From Eubacteriales bacterium mix99 (lineage in GTDB: Bacteria > Bacillota > Clostridia > Caldicoprobacterales > DTU083): a stretch of 32,000 nucleotides of DNA. The stretch lies in the NCBI GenBank assembly GCA_038396605.1, contig CP121690.1, positions 558,500 through 590,499 of the forward strand. The letters run 5' to 3'. The position numbers were made by a program, and so were the translations under genes. This document shows, in pieces, positions 17,722-26,120 of the stretch. Numbering within the stretch: the stretch's first letter is position 1; the number at the start of each line of letters is the position of its first letter. The notes beneath the pieces were generated by a model. That model did not search any database. It was not told the DNA's origin and worked only from the letters and a program-made list of their open reading frames with translations.

Positions 17722-18690
17722 TCACCATAATGACACTTCTGTCGTTTTCCTGGAAATATAGTTTGTCACAACCACCAGGATCAATGAAATAACGCTGGAG
17801 AAGAGCCCGATCGCCGTGGCGTACCCAAATTGATTCATTTTCAGACCTCTCTGCAGAACATAGGTGTCCAGCACCTCGGCGACATCCATTACAGGAGGCG
17901 TCTGCATCAACAGGATCTGTTCGTATCCTGCATTCAATATCCCGCCCAGATTCATGATGAACAGGATGCCGATGGTCGGACGAATGCCCGGCAGCGTAAT
18001 ATGCCAGGTTTTTGCCCATCTTCCGGCTCCTTCAATTTCCGCTGCTTCATACAGCCCGGGGTCAATGCCTGTCAGGGCGGAGAGATATATAATGGAATTC
18101 CAGCCGATGTTCTTCCATATATCTGTCAGTATCACCAAAGGATAGAACAGATTGGGCTTTCCCTGAAAATAAATCGCCTCCAATCCCTTTTGAACCCGTA
18201 TATCGTTGATCAATCCGTTGGTAGGAGAAAGGAATTTGGACAACATGGTTATGACAACCACCCAGGATACAAAATACGGCATATAGGATACTGTCTGCAC
18301 CGTTCTTTTGAACTTACTGTTCGTTACCGCATTGATCATGAGGGCCAGTATAATGGGCGCCGGAAATCCAAAAGCCATTTTCAGCAAACTGATTTTCAGC
18401 GTGTTCCGGATCACCCGAAAAAACATGGGATCCGACAAAAAATTTTTAAAATACTTGAGCCCTACCCATGGACTGCCCAATATTCCCATATTGTACTTGA
18501 AATCTTTAAAAGCCAGGAGAAGTCCGACCATAGGCGTATAGGCAAATGCAATAAACCATATGACGGCAGGCAGTAAAAAAAGATAAATATATCGATATTT
18601 CCATATCCTTTTCCGTGTCCCGCTCCTGGACCTTTGACCGATGGAAACAGCGCCAGAAGCAGAACATTCGGCCTTTACTCTTCTACTCAT
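17722..18690 (-). CDS. Carbohydrate ABC transporter permease (LplB/YteP-like)
   Basis: Six-TM permease with the loop YEAAEIEGAGRWAKTWHITLP. I place the start at the ATG at 18690 behind AAGGGAGGAAGG rather than at the track start 18732. Confidence 0.9.
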   Translation of the reverse strand: MSRRVKAECSASGAVSIGQRSRSGTRKRIWKYRYIYLFLLPAVIWFIAFAYTPMVGLLLAFKDFKYNMGILGSPWVGLKYFKNFLSDPMFFRVIRNTLKISLLKMAFGFPAPIILALMINAVTNSKFKRTVQTVSYMPYFVSWVVVITMLSKFLSPTNGLINDIRVQKGLEAIYFQGKPNLFYPLVILTDIWKNIGWNSIIYLSALTGIDPGLYEAAEIEGAGRWAKTWHITLPGIRPTIGILFIMNLGGILNAGYEQILLMQTPPVMDVAEVLDTYVLQRGLKMNQFGYATAIGLFSSVISLILVVVTNYISRKTTEVSLW

Positions 18691-18737
18691 GGTATCCTTC
18701 CTCCCTTGAGATATTTCCATTACGAATGACATATATT

Positions 18738-18793
18738 ATTATAGGATATGCCCAATAATATTACATTGGACATAAATTAGTATTTATTGGACA
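18738..18793 (-). promoter_or_regulatory. Promoter region of the permease/SBP operon with a 21-bp-phased direct repeat
   Basis: The minus strand has TATAAT at 18738-18743. ATTGGACA (minus-strand TGTCCAAT) occurs at 18765-18772 and 18786-18793, and the proximal copy lies in the -35 area. Confidence 0.45.
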
Positions 18794-19113
18794 AATCTCA
18801 TATCTGCCAAATAAAATGCGATATTGATATATCATTTAGACAAAAAAGCCGCAGGGAATCGTATGGCACAATAAGGATCGCCAGGAAGCTTCGCATGACA
18901 GAGAAATAACTGAACGTTTCTTCTTTTGCGGAGATTGGAAGAATCCGCAGGCATCCTGCATATCCATATATTAAGATGGGAAGTATCTGTGTAAAAATTT
19001 TGTTGAAAATTCTCATAAAATGTATCATAATCAGAATTTGTTCATATTAAGTTCAAACATACCTTGTATAATGAACACTATAAAAACTATATCTGGAATA
19101 GGAGTGGGTTTCA

Positions 19114-19437
19114 ATGATGGGATTATCGGAAGAAAAAATTGCAAAATGGGGACAAAGCGGGAAGGCTGCGAAGCTGGTCAAAGCCGCCGGCACCAGGAAG
19201 GAGAACCTGAAACTGGCCCTTGCCAAAGCAATGGGCAACGTCAAGGATGAGCAGACTTTCAATATCCTCATTACCTACCTTCGTGACAGAAATCCGGAAA
19301 TCCGTATTGCTGCCCTGGAATCCCTGGAAAAGATCAACAGCAAAAATGCAATCGAGCATGTCAGAGGCCTGATCAATGATCCTGACCCGAAGGTCAGTGA
19401 AAAAGCAAGGAGTGTACTGAAAGCTCTCCACAGGTGA
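19114..19437 (+). CDS. Small HEAT-repeat (PBS-lyase-type) protein
   Basis: 107 aa with two or three repeats of the D..p.vR.aAl.aLg.i pattern (DRNPEIRIAALESLEKIN and DPDPKVSEKARSVLKAL). The RBS AGGAGTGGG lies 9 nt upstream. A strong terminator follows downstream. Confidence 0.75.
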   Translation: MMGLSEEKIAKWGQSGKAAKLVKAAGTRKENLKLALAKAMGNVKDEQTFNILITYLRDRNPEIRIAALESLEKINSKNAIEHVRGLINDPDPKVSEKARSVLKALHR

Positions 19438-19515
19438 TTGGTATATTGTGATCTTCCCCATTATGGGAAGCCGGGACGACCTGCCTGATTCTCTTCCTGG
19501 CAGATCATTTAAAAA

Positions 19516-19572
19516 GGAGCTGCCGCAAAATTTACTGAAAAGTTGATTTTGCGGCAGCTCCCTTTTTATTTT
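19516..19572 (+). terminator. Strong intrinsic (potentially bidirectional) terminator
   Basis: GGAGCTGCCGCAAAAT-N15-ATTTTGCGGCAGCTCC forms a perfect 16-bp stem. It is preceded by AAAAA and followed by CTTTTTATTTT. Confidence 0.85.
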
Positions 19573-19746
19573 ATGGGATTCCTCTTTTGCCAATTTTGCC
19601 AATCTGTTGAGTCAAAGTGAACGGAAAGGTTTATAATACAGATATACTACAGGGTTATAATTATAATAGTTTACGGATTCATTCGTAATTCCTCTGTATC
19701 TCTGCAGTCATTCCATGAGTACAAAAATTAAGGGAGGTTATCTGTT

Positions 19747-20664
19747 ATGAGAACGATCAAGCTGGGAAAATCAGATCTTCAGGTCCCCACCATCGCAGTC
19801 GGCTGCATGCGCATCAACAGGCTGGGCAAGCCGGAAGCAGAGCATTTTGTCCACGCGGCGCTGGATGCAGGTGCAAATTATTTTGACCATGCGGACGTAT
19901 ACGCCGATGGAGCCTGTGAAGAGCGGTTCGCAGACGCGATTCACATGAATGACACGGTTCGTGAGAAGATATTCCTGCAGTCCAAATGCGGAATACGAAA
20001 AGGTTCCTATGACTTTTCAAAGAAACATATCCTGGAAGCGGTGGACGGCAGCCTGGAGAGGCTGAAAACAGACTATCTTGACGTTCTGCTGCTGCATCGC
20101 CCCGATGCACTGATGGAGCCGGAGGAAGTGGCCGAGGCCTTTGACCAGCTGTATGAAACCGGCAAAGTGCATCATTTTGGGGTTTCCAATCAGAAGCCCA
20201 TGCAGATCCAATTGCTGCAGAAATACATAAAACAGCCCCTCCTGGCCGATCAGCTGCAGCTCAGCATCACAAATGCCAATATGATTACGCAGGGACTCCA
20301 TGTCAATATGTTGGACGATCCGGCGGAAGACCGTGACGGAAGCGTCCTCGATTTCTGCCGCCTGAATGATATCACCATACAGCCCTGGTCCCCCTTCCAA
20401 TACGGTTTCTTCGGAGGCGTATTCCTGAACAACGAAAAATTCCCGGAGCTGAATGCGAAGATTGATGAAATTGCCGCACGATATCAGGTCAGCAACACCA
20501 CCATCACCATGGCATGGCTGCTCCGCCATCCTGCCAAAATGCAGCCGGTCACAGGGACCATGAATGAGGAGCATCTGAAGGACTGCATCAAAGCCACCGG
20601 GATCCGCCTCACCCATGAGGAATGGTACGAAATCTATCTGGCTGCCGGCAACGATCTGCCATAA
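19747..20664 (+). CDS. Aldo/keto reductase family oxidoreductase (YdhF-like)
   Basis: 305 aa with the AKR pattern GANYFDHADVY, LDVLLLHRPD and HFGVSN. The RBS is AAGGGAGG. Confidence 0.88.
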   Translation: MRTIKLGKSDLQVPTIAVGCMRINRLGKPEAEHFVHAALDAGANYFDHADVYADGACEERFADAIHMNDTVREKIFLQSKCGIRKGSYDFSKKHILEAVDGSLERLKTDYLDVLLLHRPDALMEPEEVAEAFDQLYETGKVHHFGVSNQKPMQIQLLQKYIKQPLLADQLQLSITNANMITQGLHVNMLDDPAEDRDGSVLDFCRLNDITIQPWSPFQYGFFGGVFLNNEKFPELNAKIDEIAARYQVSNTTITMAWLLRHPAKMQPVTGTMNEEHLKDCIKATGIRLTHEEWYEIYLAAGNDLP

Positions 20665-20683
20665 AGGAAGGATAGGATACAGC

Positions 20684-21568
20684 ATGAACAAATCAATTGA
20701 CAAGTCAATCCCTGCCACTGTTTCTGCAAACGGAATGCCTCTCCCTGCCCTAGGGCAGGGAGGCTGGCATATCGGGGAAGATCCGAAAAAGGCCCAAAAC
20801 GAAATAGACGCGCTCCGACTGGGTCTGGACCTGGGAATCAATCTGATTGATACCGCAGAAATGTACGGCGATGGAAAATCAGAGGAGCTGATCGGGAAAG
20901 CATTGAGCGGTAGACATCGGGAGGAATATCTGCTCGTCTCCAAGGTTTATCCGTATCATGCCGGCAGAGAGGACATTTTCAAAAGCTGCGACGCGACTCT
21001 GAAGCGGCTAAAGACTGATTACCTTGACCTTTATCTGCTGCATTGGCGTGGAAGCATACCTTTATCGGAAACGGTGGAATGCATGGAGAAACTGGTGCAG
21101 TCCGGTAAAATCCGACGCTGGGGCGTTTCAAACTTCGATACCTCCGACATGGAGGAACTCTGGAGCCTGCCGGGCGGCAGGAACTGTGCGGTGAATCAGG
21201 TTCTGTACAACCTGGGATCAAGGGGAATTGAATACGATCTAATTCCATGGCTGACGTCCCATCATGTTGCAGCCATGGCCTACTGTCCGCTGGCACAGGC
21301 CGGCACCCTGCGGAGAACGCACCGGAACCTGCTGCGGGATCCGGTTCTTTTGGGCATTGCTGAAAAGTACCGGATCAGCATCATGCAGCTTTTGCTTGCT
21401 TTTGTCCTTCGGCAGGACAATATGGTTGCCATTCCCAAGGCAGGTTCGCCTGCTCATGTCCGGCAGAATGCGGAAGTGCTCCGGCTTTCCATCGCTGAGG
21501 AAGACTGGAAGGAAATCAACAAAGCATTTGGCCCTCCCACAGGAAAAACACCTTTGGATATGGAATGA
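20684..21568 (+). CDS. Aldo/keto reductase family oxidoreductase
   Basis: AKR pattern INLIDTAEMYGDGKSEE, LDLYLLHWRG and WGVSNF. I place the start at the ATG at 20684 behind AAGGAAGGATAGG. The track start at 20615 overlaps the upstream gene. Confidence 0.88.
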   Translation: MNKSIDKSIPATVSANGMPLPALGQGGWHIGEDPKKAQNEIDALRLGLDLGINLIDTAEMYGDGKSEELIGKALSGRHREEYLLVSKVYPYHAGREDIFKSCDATLKRLKTDYLDLYLLHWRGSIPLSETVECMEKLVQSGKIRRWGVSNFDTSDMEELWSLPGGRNCAVNQVLYNLGSRGIEYDLIPWLTSHHVAAMAYCPLAQAGTLRRTHRNLLRDPVLLGIAEKYRISIMQLLLAFVLRQDNMVAIPKAGSPAHVRQNAEVLRLSIAEEDWKEINKAFGPPTGKTPLDME

Positions 21569-21578
21569 ATCCTGATTT

Positions 21579-22469
21579 TCATACCGGTTTCCGGTTGACT
21601 TCAATATATTGGCTGGTGGAACGTTTCCCCTTTTCGTCCGTCAGCTGCACCCGCACAAAGGAATCCGATTTTTTGATTTTGTAGGTGGCAGAGCGGATCG
21701 GAGCTGCTGCAGCGTACTGTACCCGATCATCACAGTAAAAGGCATCGCTGTAGAATGTAACAACCTGGGAAGGTTCACACTGCACTTCAATGGTATCCCC
21801 GTCTACCGTGATCTGCCGGAAACCCGGCCCCCCTTCCGTGGCATAGAAATTCCCTGCAAGCAGGGAGGCCATGAGATCTTCCCGGGAGAGGGAGGGTGCC
21901 TGCAGCATAATCCACGCCTGAAACACATCCCGGTCGTAATAATGCGTATCATCCACGCCCAGCAGCATATGCCTGCAGCCTTTTGCCGCACAGATATCCA
22001 CATATTCCGACGAATCCCCCCGGCCCGTGCAGGCTTCGGAAACACCGCTGTAGATTTCAGTTGCAAAGATGCCGTCCAGTGATATCATGTCCCGGTGGGT
22101 AAGCAGGGACCAGACAGGATGGCCAAGGATGGCAATCCCGCCTGCCTCACGGACGGCCTGTATCATACAGGGAGCCTTGTCCCCCCTGGTATACCGGGCG
22201 GCTTTTGTCATACCGACTCCAATAATGTGCCAGGCAGCGTGATTTTCAAAATCGTTGTCATCCAATTCGGTGCCGCCCAGCAGGGTAAAGCCTTTTTCCT
22301 CATTATATTGATAAAACCTGCGGTGATCCGTAATTGCCAGAAAGGAATAACCTTCCTTCCTATAGTATTGGATTGCCTCATCCGGATCCAGATGTCCATC
22401 TGAAAGTGTGGTATGGGTGTGCAGATTGCCCCGATACCAGGGAGCATTTTCATCATATAGTTTTTGCAA
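21579..22469 (-). CDS. PHP-domain metal-dependent phosphoesterase
   Basis: GNLHTHTTLSDG...FLAITDH...GHP...DDTH metal-ligand pattern. The TTG start is preceded by GGAGGAATCGAT. A TGGTATAAT extended -10 lies at about 22532-22540 on the minus strand. Confidence 0.82.
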   Translation of the reverse strand: MQKLYDENAPWYRGNLHTHTTLSDGHLDPDEAIQYYRKEGYSFLAITDHRRFYQYNEEKGFTLLGGTELDDNDFENHAAWHIIGVGMTKAARYTRGDKAPCMIQAVREAGGIAILGHPVWSLLTHRDMISLDGIFATEIYSGVSEACTGRGDSSEYVDICAAKGCRHMLLGVDDTHYYDRDVFQAWIMLQAPSLSREDLMASLLAGNFYATEGGPGFRQITVDGDTIEVQCEPSQVVTFYSDAFYCDDRVQYAAAAPIRSATYKIKKSDSFVRVQLTDEKGKRSTSQYIEVNRKPV

Positions 22470-22713
22470 ATCGATTCCTCCAGGAAATAACCTTGTTTAT
22501 GAAAAGTACATGCCGTTCAAAAAACAACCAGGATTCATTATACCACAACATCCGGAAAGCTGCATTTTCCGGGACCGCTTTGATAGCGTCAATTTACTGT
22601 AGGGAAAGAAAGAATAGAGACATCCTGAAATATTCTTACTAGCAACAGTGGTCTTGATTGATTTCATTAATTTTAACAGCAATCAATCTTGTCAGCTGCA
22701 TTTATTCCACGAT

Positions 22714-22848
22714 CTGCTTGACAACGAGCCTCTGCCGGTGTGGCTTACGGCAGATGTCGGCAGCAGCCATCTCTAACAGCGGGATAGGCTTTGGAGCGGT
22801 TGCTGCCGTACCTCAATGCTACCACACCGACTTCTCGTTATCAAGCAG
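22714..22848. other. Extended imperfect hairpin (three helices) in the IS non-coding tail
   Basis: Nested complementary segments: 22714-22728 with 22834-22848 (14 of 15 pairs), 22736-22743 with 22822-22829 (8 of 8), and 22758-22768 with 22798-22808 (10 Watson-Crick pairs plus one G-T). Confidence 0.5.
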
Positions 22849-22920
22849 CTTTCGCGGCATAAACGCTTGATCTATGTCGTCCCGGCTATTAAAAACGCCA
22901 TAACGAGCTTTATGAAGGGC

Positions 22921-24339
22921 CTAATAGCGTATTCCGGCCATACTCCTCATCTCATTAAACAGCCCTGTCTTTTTCCCCATGGTAATTACAGTTGGGCTGC
23001 TACTCCATGAACCAGCATATCTGCTTTCTGATGATTTCCTTACTTCCTTGATTAATTCATCCTGCAATTCATGTTTCCTGTTCTCCTTCTCCTTAAGCTT
23101 CTGTGCCATAACCAGGTCATAGATCCTGCCGCCATTTTTCTTATATACGATAAGTTTGGACATCCTGGCAACACCTTTTTCAGACCATCCCTTAGGCCTG
23201 CTGCTTAGCCTGCTTGAAAACACATGGCTTATATGACCTTCGGCACTGCATCCTATCAGTTCATGGCCCTTATCAGCCTTTATCTCTATTCCATGCCAGT
23301 TATTCAATATGTACCGTCTGGCATCCTTAACTGCCTTCCTCTTCGTTTTGGAAACCGTTCGTTTGAGGATCTTCTTGAAAACATCCTTGACCATGTCCTT
23401 GTCCGGCCAATCCAATGCATCCTTCAACTCCTGATAGATGTCTCCATCGTTTAAGTGTGCAGTCGCAGTTATCATATATTTCTTAAGATGAAAATTGTCC
23501 AGCACAAACTTGCTTTTGGGAATCCAGTCAAGCCCGGCCTTAATCCATGATGCCCCATCCCCGGAAAGGTATATGGTTTCAATGAAATCCATGTTGTACT
23601 GCTTGTCTATATATTCTATGACCTCCAGCCACAGATCCTCACTCTCATCATACATGCCGCCAAAATATTTAACGTTTTTAAGTCTGGTCCTCGTTTGGCT
23701 GCTTTTTTCGGGATCTACGCCTTCATGAACATAAACCAGCCTGGGCATAGCTATCTTGCTTTTATCGTCTTCTCCCTGCAGGGAAACATGATCTTCATCT
23801 GCTTCAACATACAGTATCCTGACATCCCTCTTCTTGTCCACCTTATGCTCATGTTCGCTGATCTCAAGGTTATGTATTTTATCCATAACAGCCTGCTTGC
23901 TTATTTCATCCATATATCCGGCTCTTTCTCCACCTTTCCTGTAGCTGCTGTCTATGGCCTCTTCCACCACATTGATCACCACATCTGCACTCACTCTGTC
24001 ATGTGGCTTAAGACCAACAAGCTCATCAACGAGATATTTCCTTTTGCCACCACTCTTTGGCTTAAAATACGTTCTATTATACTTGATCGTTCCAAAGGTC
24101 GTTAAGATCCCTGTCTCATCTTTCCTGACAATCTCCCAATTGTTTTTCCTGACCCCGGACTTTCGAAGCTGTTCATCCATCCCCTCAAGAGTCTCCACCA
24201 GTATATTCCGACCAAGTTCAAACAGATCCTCCTGCAGCCCCAGAGTCAGTTCCGCCAGATCCTTACCTTCCCTTAAAAATTTTCTTACCTTATTTTCTGT
24301 TTTTCTTGCAAACTCGTTAAAATCTTGTATACTGTACAT
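22921..24339 (-). CDS. ISLre2 (UPF0236) family transposase
   Basis: 472 aa with family-typical blocks: LSGDGASWIK, VLDNFHLKKY and GCSAEGHISHVFSSRLSSRPKGWS. I place the start at the ATG at 24339, 4 codons inside the track ORF. Confidence 0.85.
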   Translation of the reverse strand: MYSIQDFNEFARKTENKVRKFLREGKDLAELTLGLQEDLFELGRNILVETLEGMDEQLRKSGVRKNNWEIVRKDETGILTTFGTIKYNRTYFKPKSGGKRKYLVDELVGLKPHDRVSADVVINVVEEAIDSSYRKGGERAGYMDEISKQAVMDKIHNLEISEHEHKVDKKRDVRILYVEADEDHVSLQGEDDKSKIAMPRLVYVHEGVDPEKSSQTRTRLKNVKYFGGMYDESEDLWLEVIEYIDKQYNMDFIETIYLSGDGASWIKAGLDWIPKSKFVLDNFHLKKYMITATAHLNDGDIYQELKDALDWPDKDMVKDVFKKILKRTVSKTKRKAVKDARRYILNNWHGIEIKADKGHELIGCSAEGHISHVFSSRLSSRPKGWSEKGVARMSKLIVYKKNGGRIYDLVMAQKLKEKENRKHELQDELIKEVRKSSESRYAGSWSSSPTVITMGKKTGLFNEMRSMAGIRY

Positions 24340-24508
24340 GGAAGGTGGCACCCTTTCTTGATATTTTTGTTGATGATCAATATTTTAGCAGGATGCCACC
24401 TTCTTTTCAATCCTTATGGTAATTTATTACTCTTAATCCCTACGGTAACTTTACGCTAACACCGATTTTGCAATTCCCCCATCAATAAATTGGGGGGTTC
24501 CCTGCTGA

Positions 24509-26053
24509 TTATTTTCCCTGCTTCTTACGCCATGCATCCAACTGCTTCTGTTGTTCATCGATAATCCGATCCACGCCGGAGGACTCCAGTGCCTTGAGAA
24601 ACCTGGGCAGTTCCTTATCCGGGTTGGAAAGTCCCTTGATCAGCGGATCCACATATTCCTGCACGACAGAGCGCACCGCAGCCAGCTCCGTCATGATGGG
24701 AGTCTCATCCAGAGCGAATCCAAGGTTATCAGCCGCCAGCAAAGTATCGGCAAATTTATCATAGCGGTCCACCATATCCAATGGCAGGCTGGTATCCGGC
24801 TCTGCCGTCAGAAAGCCAGGCAACGCCCAGGCGGTCATATCATAACGCCTTGTCTCGCCTTCCTTCAGATACATGGAAAGATCAATCTGTCCCTCCTCAT
24901 TTCTCCCCCAGTGCTTCCCTTCGATTCCGTAAAAGAACAGGTCCGCAAACTCCACGTCGGAGTTCAGCAGGTCCACCAGCATCATGGCCCGGGCAGGATC
25001 CTCTGATGTGGCAGAAATCGCGTTCATGGAGCCATATATCTTGGAAGTTGTCTGGGTTGCATTGTTCACAAAATAGGGTTTTAGCTTTACCCCGTAGGTT
25101 TTTTCATAACCGGGAGTGCGCTTGGCCATGGAGTCCTGTGTGGAAACGGCAGGATCAAACTTACCCAGCTCCACTGTGGTATCCGGATCGCGGGGCAGGC
25201 ATCCTTTCTTACCCAGCATATAGGCATCCTCGCAGAATGCCTTGAATTCGGGAGTATCGTATTGGTTGAACACAACATTGCGTTTCTGGCTGGCGTATGA
25301 TTTATCCCCTATGACGACAACGCCCGGATCCCGATCGTCACCAGTTATGGCTTCCATGGGGTACAGTGCGGAAAACACGGAGAAACTCATATTTCCCACG
25401 TATCCGTTGGGGTCACCGCCGGCTTCCTTCATATCAACCATAAAATTCTTGAAACTTTCCCAATCTTTCACCTTATCCACATCCACCCCAACCTTCTCGG
25501 CTTCGGTGCGGCTCAGGTTGTACAGCACATGCTGGCAGGAGTATTTATGGGTGGGAATGGCATAAATCTCGCCGTTGATCGTAACTGAATCCCACAGATT
25601 CTGCGGATAAACATCAAGCATGGTCTTCCCATATTTCTGAAGCAGATCCGTCAGGGGCTCAAATGCCTGCTTGGCTACATAATCCGCATAATGGGTACTC
25701 ACAAAAGTCAGATCAAACTTTTCCTGGCTGGATACCAACATGTTTAACTTCTCATCATGCTCGGAGGATTCATGGGGAATCAGCTTCAATGTTGCATTGA
25801 ATTTCTCTTTCATGCGCTTGCTGACCTCGTCCACCACTTCCTGATGATCTTCTGCTTTCTTCCCCAGAGAATACCAGACAATTTCATAGGGAGGAAGATC
25901 CTTTGGATCGGCTGTTTCTCCCGTCGTTTCCTTGTTTGTTTTTAGCGGGGTTTTGTTTCCGGATGTCCCGGTATTGTCTGAGCCGCCTGCACATCCGGTG
26001 AAGAGCAACACGATCAGCAGAATGGATGAAATGGCTTTGATGAGTTTCTTCAT
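24509..26053 (-). CDS. Extracellular solute-binding lipoprotein of a carbohydrate ABC transporter
   Basis: 514 aa with a signal peptide and lipobox (LLFTGC) followed by a Gly/Ser/Thr-rich linker. The RBS is AAAAGGAGAG. Confidence 0.88.
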   Translation of the reverse strand: MKKLIKAISSILLIVLLFTGCAGGSDNTGTSGNKTPLKTNKETTGETADPKDLPPYEIVWYSLGKKAEDHQEVVDEVSKRMKEKFNATLKLIPHESSEHDEKLNMLVSSQEKFDLTFVSTHYADYVAKQAFEPLTDLLQKYGKTMLDVYPQNLWDSVTINGEIYAIPTHKYSCQHVLYNLSRTEAEKVGVDVDKVKDWESFKNFMVDMKEAGGDPNGYVGNMSFSVFSALYPMEAITGDDRDPGVVVIGDKSYASQKRNVVFNQYDTPEFKAFCEDAYMLGKKGCLPRDPDTTVELGKFDPAVSTQDSMAKRTPGYEKTYGVKLKPYFVNNATQTTSKIYGSMNAISATSEDPARAMMLVDLLNSDVEFADLFFYGIEGKHWGRNEEGQIDLSMYLKEGETRRYDMTAWALPGFLTAEPDTSLPLDMVDRYDKFADTLLAADNLGFALDETPIMTELAAVRSVVQEYVDPLIKGLSNPDKELPRFLKALESSGVDRIIDEQQKQLDAWRKKQGK

Positions 26054-26120
26054 AATATTCTCTCCTTTTATGCTTTGCAGTATCTATTTTAAATCCGCAA
26101 ACAGTGGACACCGAACGCAC

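Larger units (their letters stand above)
22584..24458 (-). mobile_element. ISLre2-family insertion sequence (about 1.87 kb)
   Basis: The imperfect terminal inverted repeats are TAGCGTCAATTTACTGTAGGGA (22584-22605) and the reverse complement of 24437-24458, TAGCGTAAAGTTACCGTAGGGA (19 of 22 match). They enclose one transposase ORF. The element is visibly more AT-rich than its flanks. Confidence 0.6.

Noticed and set aside
18798-19028. 76-aa minus-strand ORF in the AT-rich divergent region.
   Set aside because: It has no RBS, its hydrophobic low-complexity translation is typical of AT-rich non-coding DNA, and it overlaps the probable promoter regions of both flanking units.
22658-22870. 70-aa plus-strand ORF (TTG start) inside the IS tail, plus very short minus-strand ORFs there.
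   Set aside because: It has no RBS. The ORF coincides with the long hairpin arms, so its openness is likely incidental. The translation shows no recognisable domain.
22574-24468. ACCGCTT and ACCGATT flanking the ISLre2-like element considered as a target-site duplication.
   Set aside because: They carry one mismatch and sit at different distances from the two inverted-repeat ends, so this is not a convincing duplication.
24476-24496. Hairpin CCCCCA-N9-TGGGGG after the solute-binding protein gene considered as an intrinsic terminator.
   Set aside because: On the minus strand it is followed by AATTGCAAAAT rather than a U-tract, so I did not call it a terminator. It may be a weak or IS-disturbed one.
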